A stretch of 37,896 nucleotides of DNA, taken from NCBI GenBank assembly GCA_036280905.1, contig DASUPX010000144.1, forward strand, positions 1-37,896, written 5' to 3'. The position numbers were made by a program, and so were the translations under genes. The stretch is from Rubrobacter sp. (GTDB lineage Bacteria > Actinomycetota > Rubrobacteria > Rubrobacterales > Rubrobacteraceae). Positions 1-8,660 of the stretch are shown here, piece by piece (positions within the stretch are counted from its first letter, which is position 1; every line of letters begins with the position of its first letter). The notes under the pieces are model-generated. The model worked only from the letters and a program-made list of their open reading frames with translations, had not been told where the DNA came from and searched no databases.

Positions 1-315
1 TATCTCCTCCCGCTCCACCCTGTACAGGTAGTGCAGAACGGCCGCCGCGGCAGCCACGGCGACAAACTCAGCGAACTCACCGGCCGCATCGGTCAACGTG
101 CTCGGCCTCGTCAGCGCCGCGGCCACCCCGACGATCTCGGCCGCCACCACGACCACGGCCGCCCCGGCCAGCACCCGCATGGCCCGGCGATGAGCCGAGA
201 GGGTGAAGGAGGAGGCCACGCGCAGGGCGGTGGCCACCACGAAGAGCGCCGTGGTTGCGCTGAGCGTGCTGAAGCCTATCTCGAGCAGCTTCGGTGCAGA
301 AAAAAACGCCTCCAT
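1..315 (-). CDS. Membrane protein, N-terminal part only (runs off window); possibly the sensor region of a signalling protein
   Basis: Manual translation from ATG at 315: MEAFFSAPKLLEIGFSTLSATTALFVVATALRVASS...VLHYLYRVEREEI. It is open to base 1 with about 3 hydrophobic segments. TAGAAT lies 8 nt upstream. Absent from the ORF track because it has no stop in the window. Confidence 0.6.
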   Translation of the reverse strand, partial: MEAFFSAPKLLEIGFSTLSATTALFVVATALRVASSFTLSAHRRAMRVLAGAAVVVVAAEIVGVAAALTRPSTLTDAAGEFAEFVAVAAAAAVLHYLYRVEREEI

Positions 316-372
316 AGACCCCTATTCTAACCGGCGGTAGGGATGCGACGGGAGGCTGATGCCTGAACCGGG

Positions 373-858
373 TTACTGGGTGGTGTCTTCGGGCCCGGCC
401 GTACTTTCGGGGGTCGGAGGGTTCTCAACCGCGTCGGGTTCGACGGGGCCCCAAGCCTGCTCTTCGAGCCGCTGCAGGCGTTCTTCGATGAGGGAGAAGC
501 GCGCGGCGACCTCTTTCCTGAAGTCTTCCTCGGGCATCGAGGCGTCGCCCGAGAAGAGCCTGCTCGCGAAGCCACCGCCCGCGAGGCCCGAGGCGGCCCC
601 AGCCAGCCCCGAAGCGGTTCCAGAGAGATCCGGAATACCCCTGGAGTTGCCAGCCAGCCGGTTCGCGTAGCCTTCGATCGCCCCGAGGTCGGGGGTATTC
701 CGCCCGCGCCGAGGTTCTCCACCGCGCTTCGCGTCGGTGCGCTTCGCGTCTCTCCGATTCGCGTCGGCGCGCTTCGCGTTCGTACGTTGTTGCACGCGTC
801 CCCTGACCCGGCCCGCTGCCTTTTTCTGGGAGTCGTTGTGCCGCTTTCTTCTACCCAC
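373..858 (-). CDS. Hypothetical protein with basic repetitive N-terminus, short coiled coil and acidic tail
   Basis: Track ORF 373..930 restarted at GTG 858, which follows GAGGAGG (864-870). Contains xDAKR-type repeats and IEERLQRLEEQ. Confidence 0.55.
   Translation of the reverse strand: MGRRKRHNDSQKKAAGRVRGRVQQRTNAKRADANRRDAKRTDAKRGGEPRRGRNTPDLGAIEGYANRLAGNSRGIPDLSGTASGLAGAASGLAGGGFASRLFSGDASMPEEDFRKEVAARFSLIEERLQRLEEQAWGPVEPDAVENPPTPESTAGPEDTTQ
724..783. repeat. 4 x 15-nt imperfect tandem repeat (coding)
   Basis: gcgcttcgcgtcggt / gcgcttcgcgtctct / ccgattcgcgtcggc / gcgcttcgcgttcgt, encoding TNAKR-ADANR-RDAKR-TDAKR on the minus strand. Confidence 0.85.
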
Positions 859-1020
859 GTGCGCCTCCTCGGATCCCCGATTACAGGCCTGTATCACCAG
901 GAGGATACCCGGCGCAGGCAAACCAGGCAATCAGAAAGGGTTTCTCTGCGGGTGCGGATCGCTTACAGTACGGTAGACATCCTGAGGATGAGACACGGAG
1001 GCCACCGGGAGGAGCAGACG

Positions 1021-1509
1021 ATGACGGAGGCGGAAAACGGCGGGGCGTTCCCCGAGCTGTTCGAGGTTGTTCGCGAGTACGCGGGTAGGGATTACGCCCA
1101 TCAGGTACAGGCGCTGAGGGTAATAGCCACCACTTACCTGCCCATGACGGGGGCGCCGCCCATGGCCGACGTCAAGCAGGTGGTCGAGGACATCCTCTCG
1201 CAGAACGGTTACCTGCTCATCAACGTCGAGACCGGGGGCATCGAACCCTCGGGCGTTGACGCCGTTGTGAGCGTTGCGACCTCCACCCTCGACGAGGAGG
1301 ACCTCGAATGGGGTGCCGGCTGCCTGCTTACCATGATGGATGCCCTGAGACAGAGGGCCCAGGAAGAGGGCTATGAGACCTTCGTGCTCGATGCCCAGGA
1401 GGTTCTGGACGGTCTGGAGACCATCCTGGCCGCAGATATAGTGGAGGACGTGGTCGAGGAAGCCCTGGAGGAGGCCCTGGAAGAGGCCCTGGAGGATGAG
1501 GAACTCTAG
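1021..1509 (+). CDS. Acidic hypothetical protein (162 aa) with C-terminal EEAL repeats
   Basis: ATG 1021 follows GGAGGAG. GC-rich third codon positions. Ends VEEALEEALEEALEDEEL. Confidence 0.8.
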   Translation: MTEAENGGAFPELFEVVREYAGRDYAHQVQALRVIATTYLPMTGAPPMADVKQVVEDILSQNGYLLINVETGGIEPSGVDAVVSVATSTLDEEDLEWGAGCLLTMMDALRQRAQEEGYETFVLDAQEVLDGLETILAADIVEDVVEEALEEALEEALEDEEL

Positions 1510-1544
1510 GGGCTTGAGGGGCTGACGTGCTAGATTAATCGTCG

Positions 1545-2903
1545 GTGTTAGAGCTGGCCGAAAACACGCTCGTCGTGTTCGTCTCGGACTCCCACATCGG
1601 TGGGGACCCCGGGTGCGACGGGTTCGAGTCGCCCGGGGAGCTCGGGGGGCTCTTCGACGAGCTGGCCTCGCGCGAGGGGCCGGTGGAGCTGATCCTGGCC
1701 GGAGACTTCTTCGATTTCCTTCAGATCGGCAAGGTGCCCGATGGCGAGGACCGGGCCTCGCTCACAATCTCGCGTCCCGAGTATGAGGAAATGTTCGCCG
1801 CACTTGCGCGGTTCAGGGAGCGGGAAGGGAAACGCGTCATCTACCTGCCAGGCAACCACGACGCGGAGGCCTTCTGGAACCCCCGGATCCAGGACACCCT
1901 GCGCCGTCGGGGGCTGGTCGACGAGTTCGCCTACTACTATCTCGCCTCCGTGCAGGCTGGGGGCGGACGACGGGTGATCTACTGCGAGCACGGCAACCAG
2001 CTGGACGCCACCAATACCGTAGAGGACTACCACGACGGCCTGGACACACCGCTCGGCCACCACGTCGTCATGGACTTCACGAGGCGCATCGCGCCCTTCG
2101 GGGAGGTCTCCCCTGGTCTGGACCTCGCGGAGATAAAGATGGTCTACCCGCTCGTGGCAATACCACGCTGGGTCGCGAGCCGGTACTTCTACAATTTCAT
2201 CGGGAAGGTGATCAAGTTTCTCCTGATTCCCCTCCTTGTTGCCTACATGGTCTACCGGGCGGCGATCTACTTCATCGCGCTACGCCAGGGCCTCGGGTTT
2301 CGTTCGTTCGGAGGCTACCGCGAGCTGCCCGCGATCCACATGATCTTCGTCGACATGAGCTTCTACGCCCTGGTGATCCTGGCTGTGTTCGCGGTGTTCT
2401 ACGTCGTGCTGAGGCGTGGTCTGCACAGAACCACGAAAGCGATGAACCCGCACGAGGGAGTCCGCCACTATTCCCCAGCCGAGGAGTCCGTGAACAAGAT
2501 AGAGGGGATCCTGAAGGGAGACAGGAAGCCGCCGATGAACCCATCCCTCGACCCCACTGCGATAGACGTCTTCGTCTCGGGACACACGCATCTACCCTCG
2601 TTCTCCATGCTGGAGAGGGAGGATGGTAAGCCCTGCGTGCTGGTCAATTCGGGGTGCTTCCTGCGACAGTTGCAGCCCATCTCGACGAACCTGAAGGGCC
2701 CGTCGGTCTTCGTCTCGAAGTTCGTCCTTACTCACGTGCGCGTCTTCGTGGAAGACGATACCCTCCGCGTAGAGCTCTGGGAGCAGCCCAAGCCGGCCAG
2801 CCAGAACATGACCCGCCTCGAACACCTCCTCTCCCTTGGACGACGCCCACCCCAACCAGCACCCGACTCGAAACCCCGCCTGATGGACTCGGCGAAGCTA
2901 TGA
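1545..2903 (+). CDS. Calcineurin-like metallophosphoesterase with a two-TM insertion
   Basis: Motifs SDSH, GDFFD, GNHD, EHG and GHTH, with two hydrophobic helices between the HG and GHTH motifs. Confidence 0.85.
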   Translation: MLELAENTLVVFVSDSHIGGDPGCDGFESPGELGGLFDELASREGPVELILAGDFFDFLQIGKVPDGEDRASLTISRPEYEEMFAALARFREREGKRVIYLPGNHDAEAFWNPRIQDTLRRRGLVDEFAYYYLASVQAGGGRRVIYCEHGNQLDATNTVEDYHDGLDTPLGHHVVMDFTRRIAPFGEVSPGLDLAEIKMVYPLVAIPRWVASRYFYNFIGKVIKFLLIPLLVAYMVYRAAIYFIALRQGLGFRSFGGYRELPAIHMIFVDMSFYALVILAVFAVFYVVLRRGLHRTTKAMNPHEGVRHYSPAEESVNKIEGILKGDRKPPMNPSLDPTAIDVFVSGHTHLPSFSMLEREDGKPCVLVNSGCFLRQLQPISTNLKGPSVFVSKFVLTHVRVFVEDDTLRVELWEQPKPASQNMTRLEHLLSLGRRPPQPAPDSKPRLMDSAKL

Positions 2904-2914
2904 GGGAGATAAGG

Positions 2915-4495
2915 ATGCCCCGTGCACTGATGCTTCTGGCGGTGATCGTCGTCTCTCTCTGCCTGTCCACCCTGCTCCTCGCCTGCTCTTCCGGGCCGCC
3001 GGAAGGAGAATCTGGCGGCGACCAGGGGGGGGCCGGCGATACGCCCGGCAAACAGGCGAACACCGGGCGAGGAAACGTGCAGGAACCTTCCGGGGGTACC
3101 GATGGGGCCGAGCCGCCGGCCGCCCTCGTTCCGATCACCCACCTCACCTCGACCCAGGAGGGTGTGAGCATGAAGGACCTCTCCGGGGCGCGGCAGCTGG
3201 CCGTGGCGCGGGGATCGCGCGAGGAGGCCGGCGGGCTCGTCGAGGGGGCGGAGTTCCGGGACTACGATTCCGTGGGGGCCGTGATCGACCACGTGAGCCG
3301 GACGCCGGGGGCGCTAGGTCTCGTCCCCTGGGACGAGGTGGGGCCGAGGGTCAGGGCGCTTCCCGTTGACGGCAAGTCGCTCCTCGACCCCGACTCCGAG
3401 GGCGTCGAAGGCTATCCCCTGCGCCCGGAGGGCGGGACCGTTCCCGACCCCGAGAAACTGCGGCGGATGGTCGTTGGCGGAGACATCGTCTTCGACCGCG
3501 GTCAGTACTACATGGTGATCCGGAGGGGAATGGGGGTGGACTTCCCTCTCGACGGGGGTTACGCAGCCGTCACGAGCCGGGTGCCCGAGCAGAGCTCCTA
3601 CTCGGAGACCGGGATCATCCACCAGTTCACCGCCGAGCGAACCGGTGGCGAAGGCGCCGTCAGGGACTACCTCTCCGGCGCCGACCTCACGCTCGCCAAC
3701 TTCGAGAACCCCGTCATAAGGGCCTCCGTCTACCACCCCGACGCGACCACCTTCACGGGCGACCTCAGGTTGATGCCGGAGCTGGATCAGGCGGGCATAG
3801 ACGGCGTCACCCTGGGCAACAATCACATCCTGGATGCCGGGACCGAGGGGCTACGGGAGACGATGGGCCACCTCGACGACGCCGACATCGCCTACGCCGG
3901 AGCCGGCATGGACCTCGCCCAGGCCCGCAAGCCCATGATCTTCGACGTGGGGGGCACGAAGATAGGCGTCCTCTCCTACATGGGCGTGCCCAACTACGAC
4001 TGGGCCTGGGCCACCGAGTCCACCCCAGGCACGGCGCCGCTCCTCCAGAACTTCATGGAGCAGGACATCAAACGTCTGCGGTCGAAGGTCGATGTCGTCG
4101 TCGTCAGCCCGCACTGGGGCGTCGAGTACATGGCAACCCCAGAGCCGGAGCAGGTAGAGCTGGCGCACGCCGCGGTCGACGCGGGGGCCGACGTCTTTAT
4201 CGGCGGCCACGCGCACTGGCCCAAGGGAATGGAGATGTATAAAGGGACGCCCATCTACTACGGCGTTGGCAACTTCCTGCTCGACCAGTCCTGGTCAGAG
4301 GAGACCTCGACCGGTATCTTCGCCGACGTCACGCTCTACGGGGACGACGTAATCCAGACCCGACCCGTCCCCTTCATCATGCTCGACCGTGCCCAGCCCA
4401 ACTTCCTGACGCCGAGGGGAGGAGGAAACAGGGCCCTGCGCAACATCTACGCCGCCTCACTCGGGTCCGAGTTCCAGTCCTCCAGAAAGCGCTGA
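2915..4495 (+). CDS. CapA/PGA_cap family lipoprotein (metallophosphatase fold)
   Basis: Signal peptide with lipobox LLAC. Motifs GGDI, ANFEN, LGNNHILD, PHWGVEY, GGHAHW, YGVGNF. An alternative ATG at 2900 overlaps the upstream stop. Confidence 0.85.
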   Translation: MPRALMLLAVIVVSLCLSTLLLACSSGPPEGESGGDQGGAGDTPGKQANTGRGNVQEPSGGTDGAEPPAALVPITHLTSTQEGVSMKDLSGARQLAVARGSREEAGGLVEGAEFRDYDSVGAVIDHVSRTPGALGLVPWDEVGPRVRALPVDGKSLLDPDSEGVEGYPLRPEGGTVPDPEKLRRMVVGGDIVFDRGQYYMVIRRGMGVDFPLDGGYAAVTSRVPEQSSYSETGIIHQFTAERTGGEGAVRDYLSGADLTLANFENPVIRASVYHPDATTFTGDLRLMPELDQAGIDGVTLGNNHILDAGTEGLRETMGHLDDADIAYAGAGMDLAQARKPMIFDVGGTKIGVLSYMGVPNYDWAWATESTPGTAPLLQNFMEQDIKRLRSKVDVVVVSPHWGVEYMATPEPEQVELAHAAVDAGADVFIGGHAHWPKGMEMYKGTPIYYGVGNFLLDQSWSEETSTGIFADVTLYGDDVIQTRPVPFIMLDRAQPNFLTPRGGGNRALRNIYAASLGSEFQSSRKR

Positions 4496-4516
4496 CGCGC
4501 CTGAAACGTTGCAGGC

Positions 4517-4522
4517 TATAAT
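4517..4522 (+). promoter_or_regulatory. Consensus -10 element TATAAT
   Basis: Perfect TATAAT in the intergenic gap, 45 nt before ATG 4567. No clear -35. Confidence 0.5.
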
Positions 4523-4566
4523 GGTGCGGGGCGCCAGGTAACCGGAGAGGGAGATCCGAGCGAGAT

Positions 4567-5361
4567 ATGGAAGCGAACGGTCGGCTGACCATATGCCAGA
4601 TCTCGGACATCCACTGCGGAAACGCGCGCTTTATCCCCGACCTTCTCGACAGGACGATCATCGAGATCAACCGCATGAACCCGGCTGTGGTCGTGGTCTC
4701 GGGCGACCTGACCGACGCGGGGTACAGGGAGGAGTTCGAGGAGGCCGCGGAGTACATCGACCGCATCGAGTGCGAGCACATCATGGTCATACCGGGCAAC
4801 CACGACGCCAGGAACGTGGGCTACATGCACTTCGAGCGGCTCTTCGGAGAGCGGTTCTCGGTCCTGGATCTCGAAGACGTCATCCTGGTCGGGGTCGACT
4901 CCTCGGAGCCCGACCTGAACGACGGGCAGGTGGGCCGGGAGCACTACGAGTTCATCACCGAAACCTTCTCCGAGGCCGGGGACAAACTTAAGATCTTCGT
5001 GGTCCACCACCACCTCATCCCCCTCCCTGGCACGGGACGTGAACGGAACATCGTCTTCGATGCGGGCGACGTCCTGCAGAGGCTGATCGACGTGGGCGTA
5101 AACCTCGTCCTCTCGGGCCACAAACACGTCCCCTACACCTGGAAGCTCGAGGACATGATCATAGTCAACGCCGGCACCGCCTCGACGCTGCGCCTCAGGG
5201 GCGACACCCGACCCTGCTACAACATCATCGAGGTCGAGAACGGGAAGGTGGAGGTCTTCCGCAAGTACCCGTTCAAGAAGCGTGAACCGGCGGTGAGCTT
5301 CGAGCCTGCCACCCAGCAATACTTGCGCTCCAAGGAGGATACGGCCCGCGACTATCGTTAG
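4567..5361 (+). CDS. Metallophosphoesterase, CpdA/Icc-like cyclic phosphodiesterase family
   Basis: Motifs SDIH, SGDLT, PGNHD, HHH, SGHKH. Confidence 0.88.
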   Translation: MEANGRLTICQISDIHCGNARFIPDLLDRTIIEINRMNPAVVVVSGDLTDAGYREEFEEAAEYIDRIECEHIMVIPGNHDARNVGYMHFERLFGERFSVLDLEDVILVGVDSSEPDLNDGQVGREHYEFITETFSEAGDKLKIFVVHHHLIPLPGTGRERNIVFDAGDVLQRLIDVGVNLVLSGHKHVPYTWKLEDMIIVNAGTASTLRLRGDTRPCYNIIEVENGKVEVFRKYPFKKREPAVSFEPATQQYLRSKEDTARDYR

Positions 5362-5415
5362 AGCTAATAGCTATCAGCTGTCAGCTTTTCTGTTTGAGAA
5401 GCGGCTTCGGGCCTT

Positions 5416-5456
5416 GGGCAACAGGCATCAGGTAATTTTCCTGATGCCTGTTGCCC
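5416..5456. terminator. Perfect 17-bp hairpin between convergent genes
   Basis: GGGCAACAGGCATCAGG-taatttt-CCTGATGCCTGTTGCCC. Confidence 0.7.
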
Positions 5457-5493
5457 TTCACCGCTGAACGGACCATTTTTCTCGAGAGCTGCC

Positions 5494-6309
5494 CTAGGGT
5501 GATGACCCGTCCCTGGCCCGCTTTATGCTGACGCCGTCTCCGGTAGAGAGCAGGAGGGCTCTCGAGGCGTTTCCCCTGTTTACGGCGAGGCTCAGGCGCC
5601 AGTGGGAGTCCGTAAGCAACACGAGGTCACCGGTGTAGGATGACCCGAAGGTCTGCACGTAGGTCGCCTCCATGGTCTCATCGCGGACCGAGACCTCCAG
5701 CTGGGTACCGTAGTCCGCGTCGAGATCCTGGGAGGTGGCGGAGAGCCTGGCGTTTCCGAAGCTGTCGATGTCGATGATCTCGGCCACGAGACCGTCGCCA
5801 TCCTTACGGGCCTCGGGAAAATCAATGGGCGATAGCGAGGCCGGGTCAACGTCTTCCCCCAGTTCACCGAGCTCGACGCCGGCGGCCAGGTGGGCGGCCA
5901 CGGGCGAGAAGACGTCCCTTCCGTGGAAGCTGTGTGAGACGGGGTGCAGATGGTACTCCCGGTTCGTCAGCGACACGGCCCGGTTGACCCCCCCGAGGGC
6001 CCTGGCAGCGGGCATGAGCAGGCCGTTGTCCGGTCCGATAAGGAGGGCCCCGCTACCCGTCTCGGCGGCGAGCTCCCGCCTTACCGGCTTGTCGTCCGGG
6101 TCTATGACCGCCAGATAAACGGCGTCCTCGGGCATGTACCCGGTGGCGTGCCGCAGCGTCTCGGCTCCGCTGACCACGTCGAACTTGGGGATGCTGTGGG
6201 TCACGTCGATGACGGTGACACCAGGCGCGATACCAACCATCACGCCCCTGCAGATCCCAACCAGCTCACCGGAGAGGCCGTAGTCGGATATAAAGCAAAC
6301 TGGTCGCAT
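5494..6309 (-). CDS. SAM hydroxide adenosyltransferase / chlorinase-fluorinase family (DUF62)
   Basis: Motifs FISDYG, IDVTHSIPKFDV, GPDNGLL, SFHGRDVFSPVAAHL, IDSFGN, LAVNRGNAS. Start placed at ATG 6309, 6 nt after TATACT. Confidence 0.88.
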   Translation of the reverse strand: MRPVCFISDYGLSGELVGICRGVMVGIAPGVTVIDVTHSIPKFDVVSGAETLRHATGYMPEDAVYLAVIDPDDKPVRRELAAETGSGALLIGPDNGLLMPAARALGGVNRAVSLTNREYHLHPVSHSFHGRDVFSPVAAHLAAGVELGELGEDVDPASLSPIDFPEARKDGDGLVAEIIDIDSFGNARLSATSQDLDADYGTQLEVSVRDETMEATYVQTFGSSYTGDLVLLTDSHWRLSLAVNRGNASRALLLSTGDGVSIKRARDGSSP

Positions 6310-6455
6310 CGACACAGTATAGACGGTAAGGGTACCTTCCCGCCTCGGACGTCGGGGCCCCGGATTCGTCATGATTTACGCCACGGGGGAACCTCGATCG
6401 TGTAGGGTCGAACTCGAACACCTGCCAGACCACCAACACCAGACAGGAGGACCGT

Positions 6456-6938
6456 ATGAGCCCGCTCGCCGCCATCATCGCCGATACGCACATGCCGCGA
6501 CGCGCCAGGACGTTACCGGGAGGTATGATCCCCCATCTGGAGCGCGCAGACCTCATCTTGCACGCCGGCGACCTGATGGATCCCACGCTTCTGGGGGAGC
6601 TGTCGACCTACGCTCCCACCAGGGCCGTGCGGGGAAACCTCGACCTCCCCGAGGACGGGCTGCCCGAGACGCTGGAGCTCGAGTTCGGCGGCGCGAAGGT
6701 GGCCATGATCCACGACTCCGGCCCGAGGCGGGGCCGCCGGGCCAGGATGGGGCGGCGTTTTCCCGAAGCCAGGGTGGTCGTCTTCGGGCACTCGCACATC
6801 CCCTGGCTGGAGGACGAGAACGGGCTATTACTCCTCAACCCCGGCAGCCCCACGGACAAACGGAGGCAACCAGACCACACGTTTGCCCTGCTGCGGGCCG
6901 AGGGCGGCGAGGTCGCGGCCGAAATTCTGGTTCTGTGA
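6456..6938 (+). CDS. YfcE/MJ0936-family phosphodiesterase
   Basis: Motifs ADTH, HAGD, VRGNLD, FGHSH, NPGS. AGGAGG RBS. Confidence 0.9.
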   Translation: MSPLAAIIADTHMPRRARTLPGGMIPHLERADLILHAGDLMDPTLLGELSTYAPTRAVRGNLDLPEDGLPETLELEFGGAKVAMIHDSGPRRGRRARMGRRFPEARVVVFGHSHIPWLEDENGLLLLNPGSPTDKRRQPDHTFALLRAEGGEVAAEILVL

Positions 6939-6945
6939 GCGGCGC

Positions 6946-7012
6946 GTAGGGACATCATTTGCGGCGTCCCGAACAGCGTATGGTCGTTGGGCAGTTCGCG
7001 AACCGCCCCTAC
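6946..7012. repeat. Inverted pair of GTAG-type REP-like palindromes
   Basis: GTAG-GGACATCATTTGCGGCGTCCC (6946-6970, +) and GTAG-GGGCGGTTCGCGAACTGCCC (7012-6989, -), between convergent genes. Confidence 0.6.
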
Positions 7013-7045
7013 ACCGTGCGGAGTTGACCCGCCACGTGCCTGTAC

Positions 7046-8530
7046 CTATTCTTTCGGACGGTATATGACCATGTCGGCGACGCGGCCCGTCCTCTCGTAG
7101 TGGTTGCCTATCTCCTCTAGCATACGTGGGGTCCACCTGTCCTGTTTTATCTCCCTGGCGAAGGGGGGACTCCAGATCATGATGAGGGGGAACCTCTCGT
7201 TGGCTATGTCCTCGACGAAGGGGCGCTGGTTCCAGTCGCCGTCGCGGGCGAGCTGGGTCATCTCGAAGGGTTGGAAGAAGATCCTCTTCCCCCTCTCCGG
7301 CAAGAGCCCCATGTAGTCATCGGTGAGCACCGGACCTTCCGTGTTCGCGACCATGGTAGATAGCTGCGCGACCTCGGCCCTCTGGTCCATCACGTAGTTC
7401 TGGAGGCCCGTGGCCACGCGTGCGGACTGGGAGAGCGCGAGCATCTGGATCGCCAGAAAAGCGATGAGGACTATGCGCAGCCGCGGGCGTCGGCGTTGCC
7501 AGGCCATGAACGCGCCCGTGGCGAGGCCGAGGGCCGCGGAGAGCTCCAGCAGGTAGTTAACGTCCGAGCCCACCTTGCCCACCAGCACAGCCGTGGGGAT
7601 ACTGGCGATGAGGTAGGGTGCGACGAGCCACCACGCGTTGTTGCCCTTGCGCGGCGTGAGCAGGAGGAACGCGAGCGAGGCGAGCAGGAGCAAGGGGCAG
7701 GCCAGGAGGGCGCCGAGGGCGTTGAGGCTGACCCGCTCCCAGCGGAAGTCGTTGAGGTTGGCGGTCACGGTGTTGAGGAAGAAACCCTCCCCGGTGGAGA
7801 TGTTCAGGGCGGCGAACAGGAGCAGGCAGGCGCCGCCGGCGATCGCCGCCGTCTGTAATGCCCGGCGGCGCTGGCCCTGGGCGACGAGCCACACGAAGGC
7901 GGCGAGCGGCGCGGCCAGGATGTAGGTCTGGCGCGTGTACACGGCGGCCACGAGTAGCAGGGCCGAGACGAAGACGCTCCAGCGCTTCTGGGGCCAGCGG
8001 GCCACGACGAAGAGCCCCGCCCAGGAGAGGGCCAGCCCAAGCGAGTCCACCCGCGAGAGGGATGACCAGCGGACCACGTAGGGCATGGCGGGGAAGACGA
8101 GGGCGCCCGCCAGGGAGGCGAGTCGATCCCTGGTCAGGGCGTGCAGCGTCAGGCCGACGAAAAGTGACACGGCGGCGACGCTGAGGAGTGAGATCAGGCG
8201 TCCGTACCACATCGCCGGGCCGAAGAGCCACACGAACGGCACCTGTGCGGCCATAAAGAGCGGGGGGTAGTTGGCGACCACGTAGGGAGGCGTGCTGAGG
8301 TTGGTCCTGTAAATATTCTCGAACCGCGCGAGCCTGACGGCCTGGTCGAGAAGGGGCCCCTCACCGTAGTTGAGCGGGTAGGGGAAACCTAGCGCCTGCC
8401 ACCCGTGGCGCAAGAAGAGCAGCACGGCAATACCCTGCGCAAGCGTCAGGAAGGCGACCGCGACCCAGAGCGTGACCCTGCGCCTTCCCTTGCCCGCACT
8501 ATATTTTCTCTCCAGACCGGTACTCTCCAC
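7046..8530 (-). CDS. Multi-pass membrane glycosyltransferase (GT-C fold, ArnT/GT39-like)
   Basis: About 11-12 TM segments, loop motifs YPLNYGEG, NYPPLF and RVD, and a soluble C-terminal domain. Start moved to GTG 8530 because the track's extension overlaps the opposite-strand SPFH gene. Confidence 0.7.
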   Translation of the reverse strand: MESTGLERKYSAGKGRRRVTLWVAVAFLTLAQGIAVLLFLRHGWQALGFPYPLNYGEGPLLDQAVRLARFENIYRTNLSTPPYVVANYPPLFMAAQVPFVWLFGPAMWYGRLISLLSVAAVSLFVGLTLHALTRDRLASLAGALVFPAMPYVVRWSSLSRVDSLGLALSWAGLFVVARWPQKRWSVFVSALLLVAAVYTRQTYILAAPLAAFVWLVAQGQRRRALQTAAIAGGACLLLFAALNISTGEGFFLNTVTANLNDFRWERVSLNALGALLACPLLLLASLAFLLLTPRKGNNAWWLVAPYLIASIPTAVLVGKVGSDVNYLLELSAALGLATGAFMAWQRRRPRLRIVLIAFLAIQMLALSQSARVATGLQNYVMDQRAEVAQLSTMVANTEGPVLTDDYMGLLPERGKRIFFQPFEMTQLARDGDWNQRPFVEDIANERFPLIMIWSPPFAREIKQDRWTPRMLEEIGNHYERTGRVADMVIYRPKE

Positions 8531-8660
8531 CAGGCCCTCTCGCGCTATCTGACTCAGGTTTCGTATCCTACCTCTTTTGGCTCCGGCGCCGCGCGAACGA
8601 GATTGGGTCGCACGGTGTAGTATGAAGGCAGTATCTCCTAGAATTCTGGAGGATTTCTTG

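Noticed and set aside
2654-2914. N-terminal extension of the CapA ORF
   Set aside because: Overlaps the upstream phosphoesterase gene. The lipoprotein signal peptide starts at 2900 or 2915.
5494-6309. True fluorinase or chlorinase in a halometabolite cluster
   Set aside because: Hydrolase-type Asp/Arg/His residues appear retained and there are no neighbouring secondary-metabolite genes.
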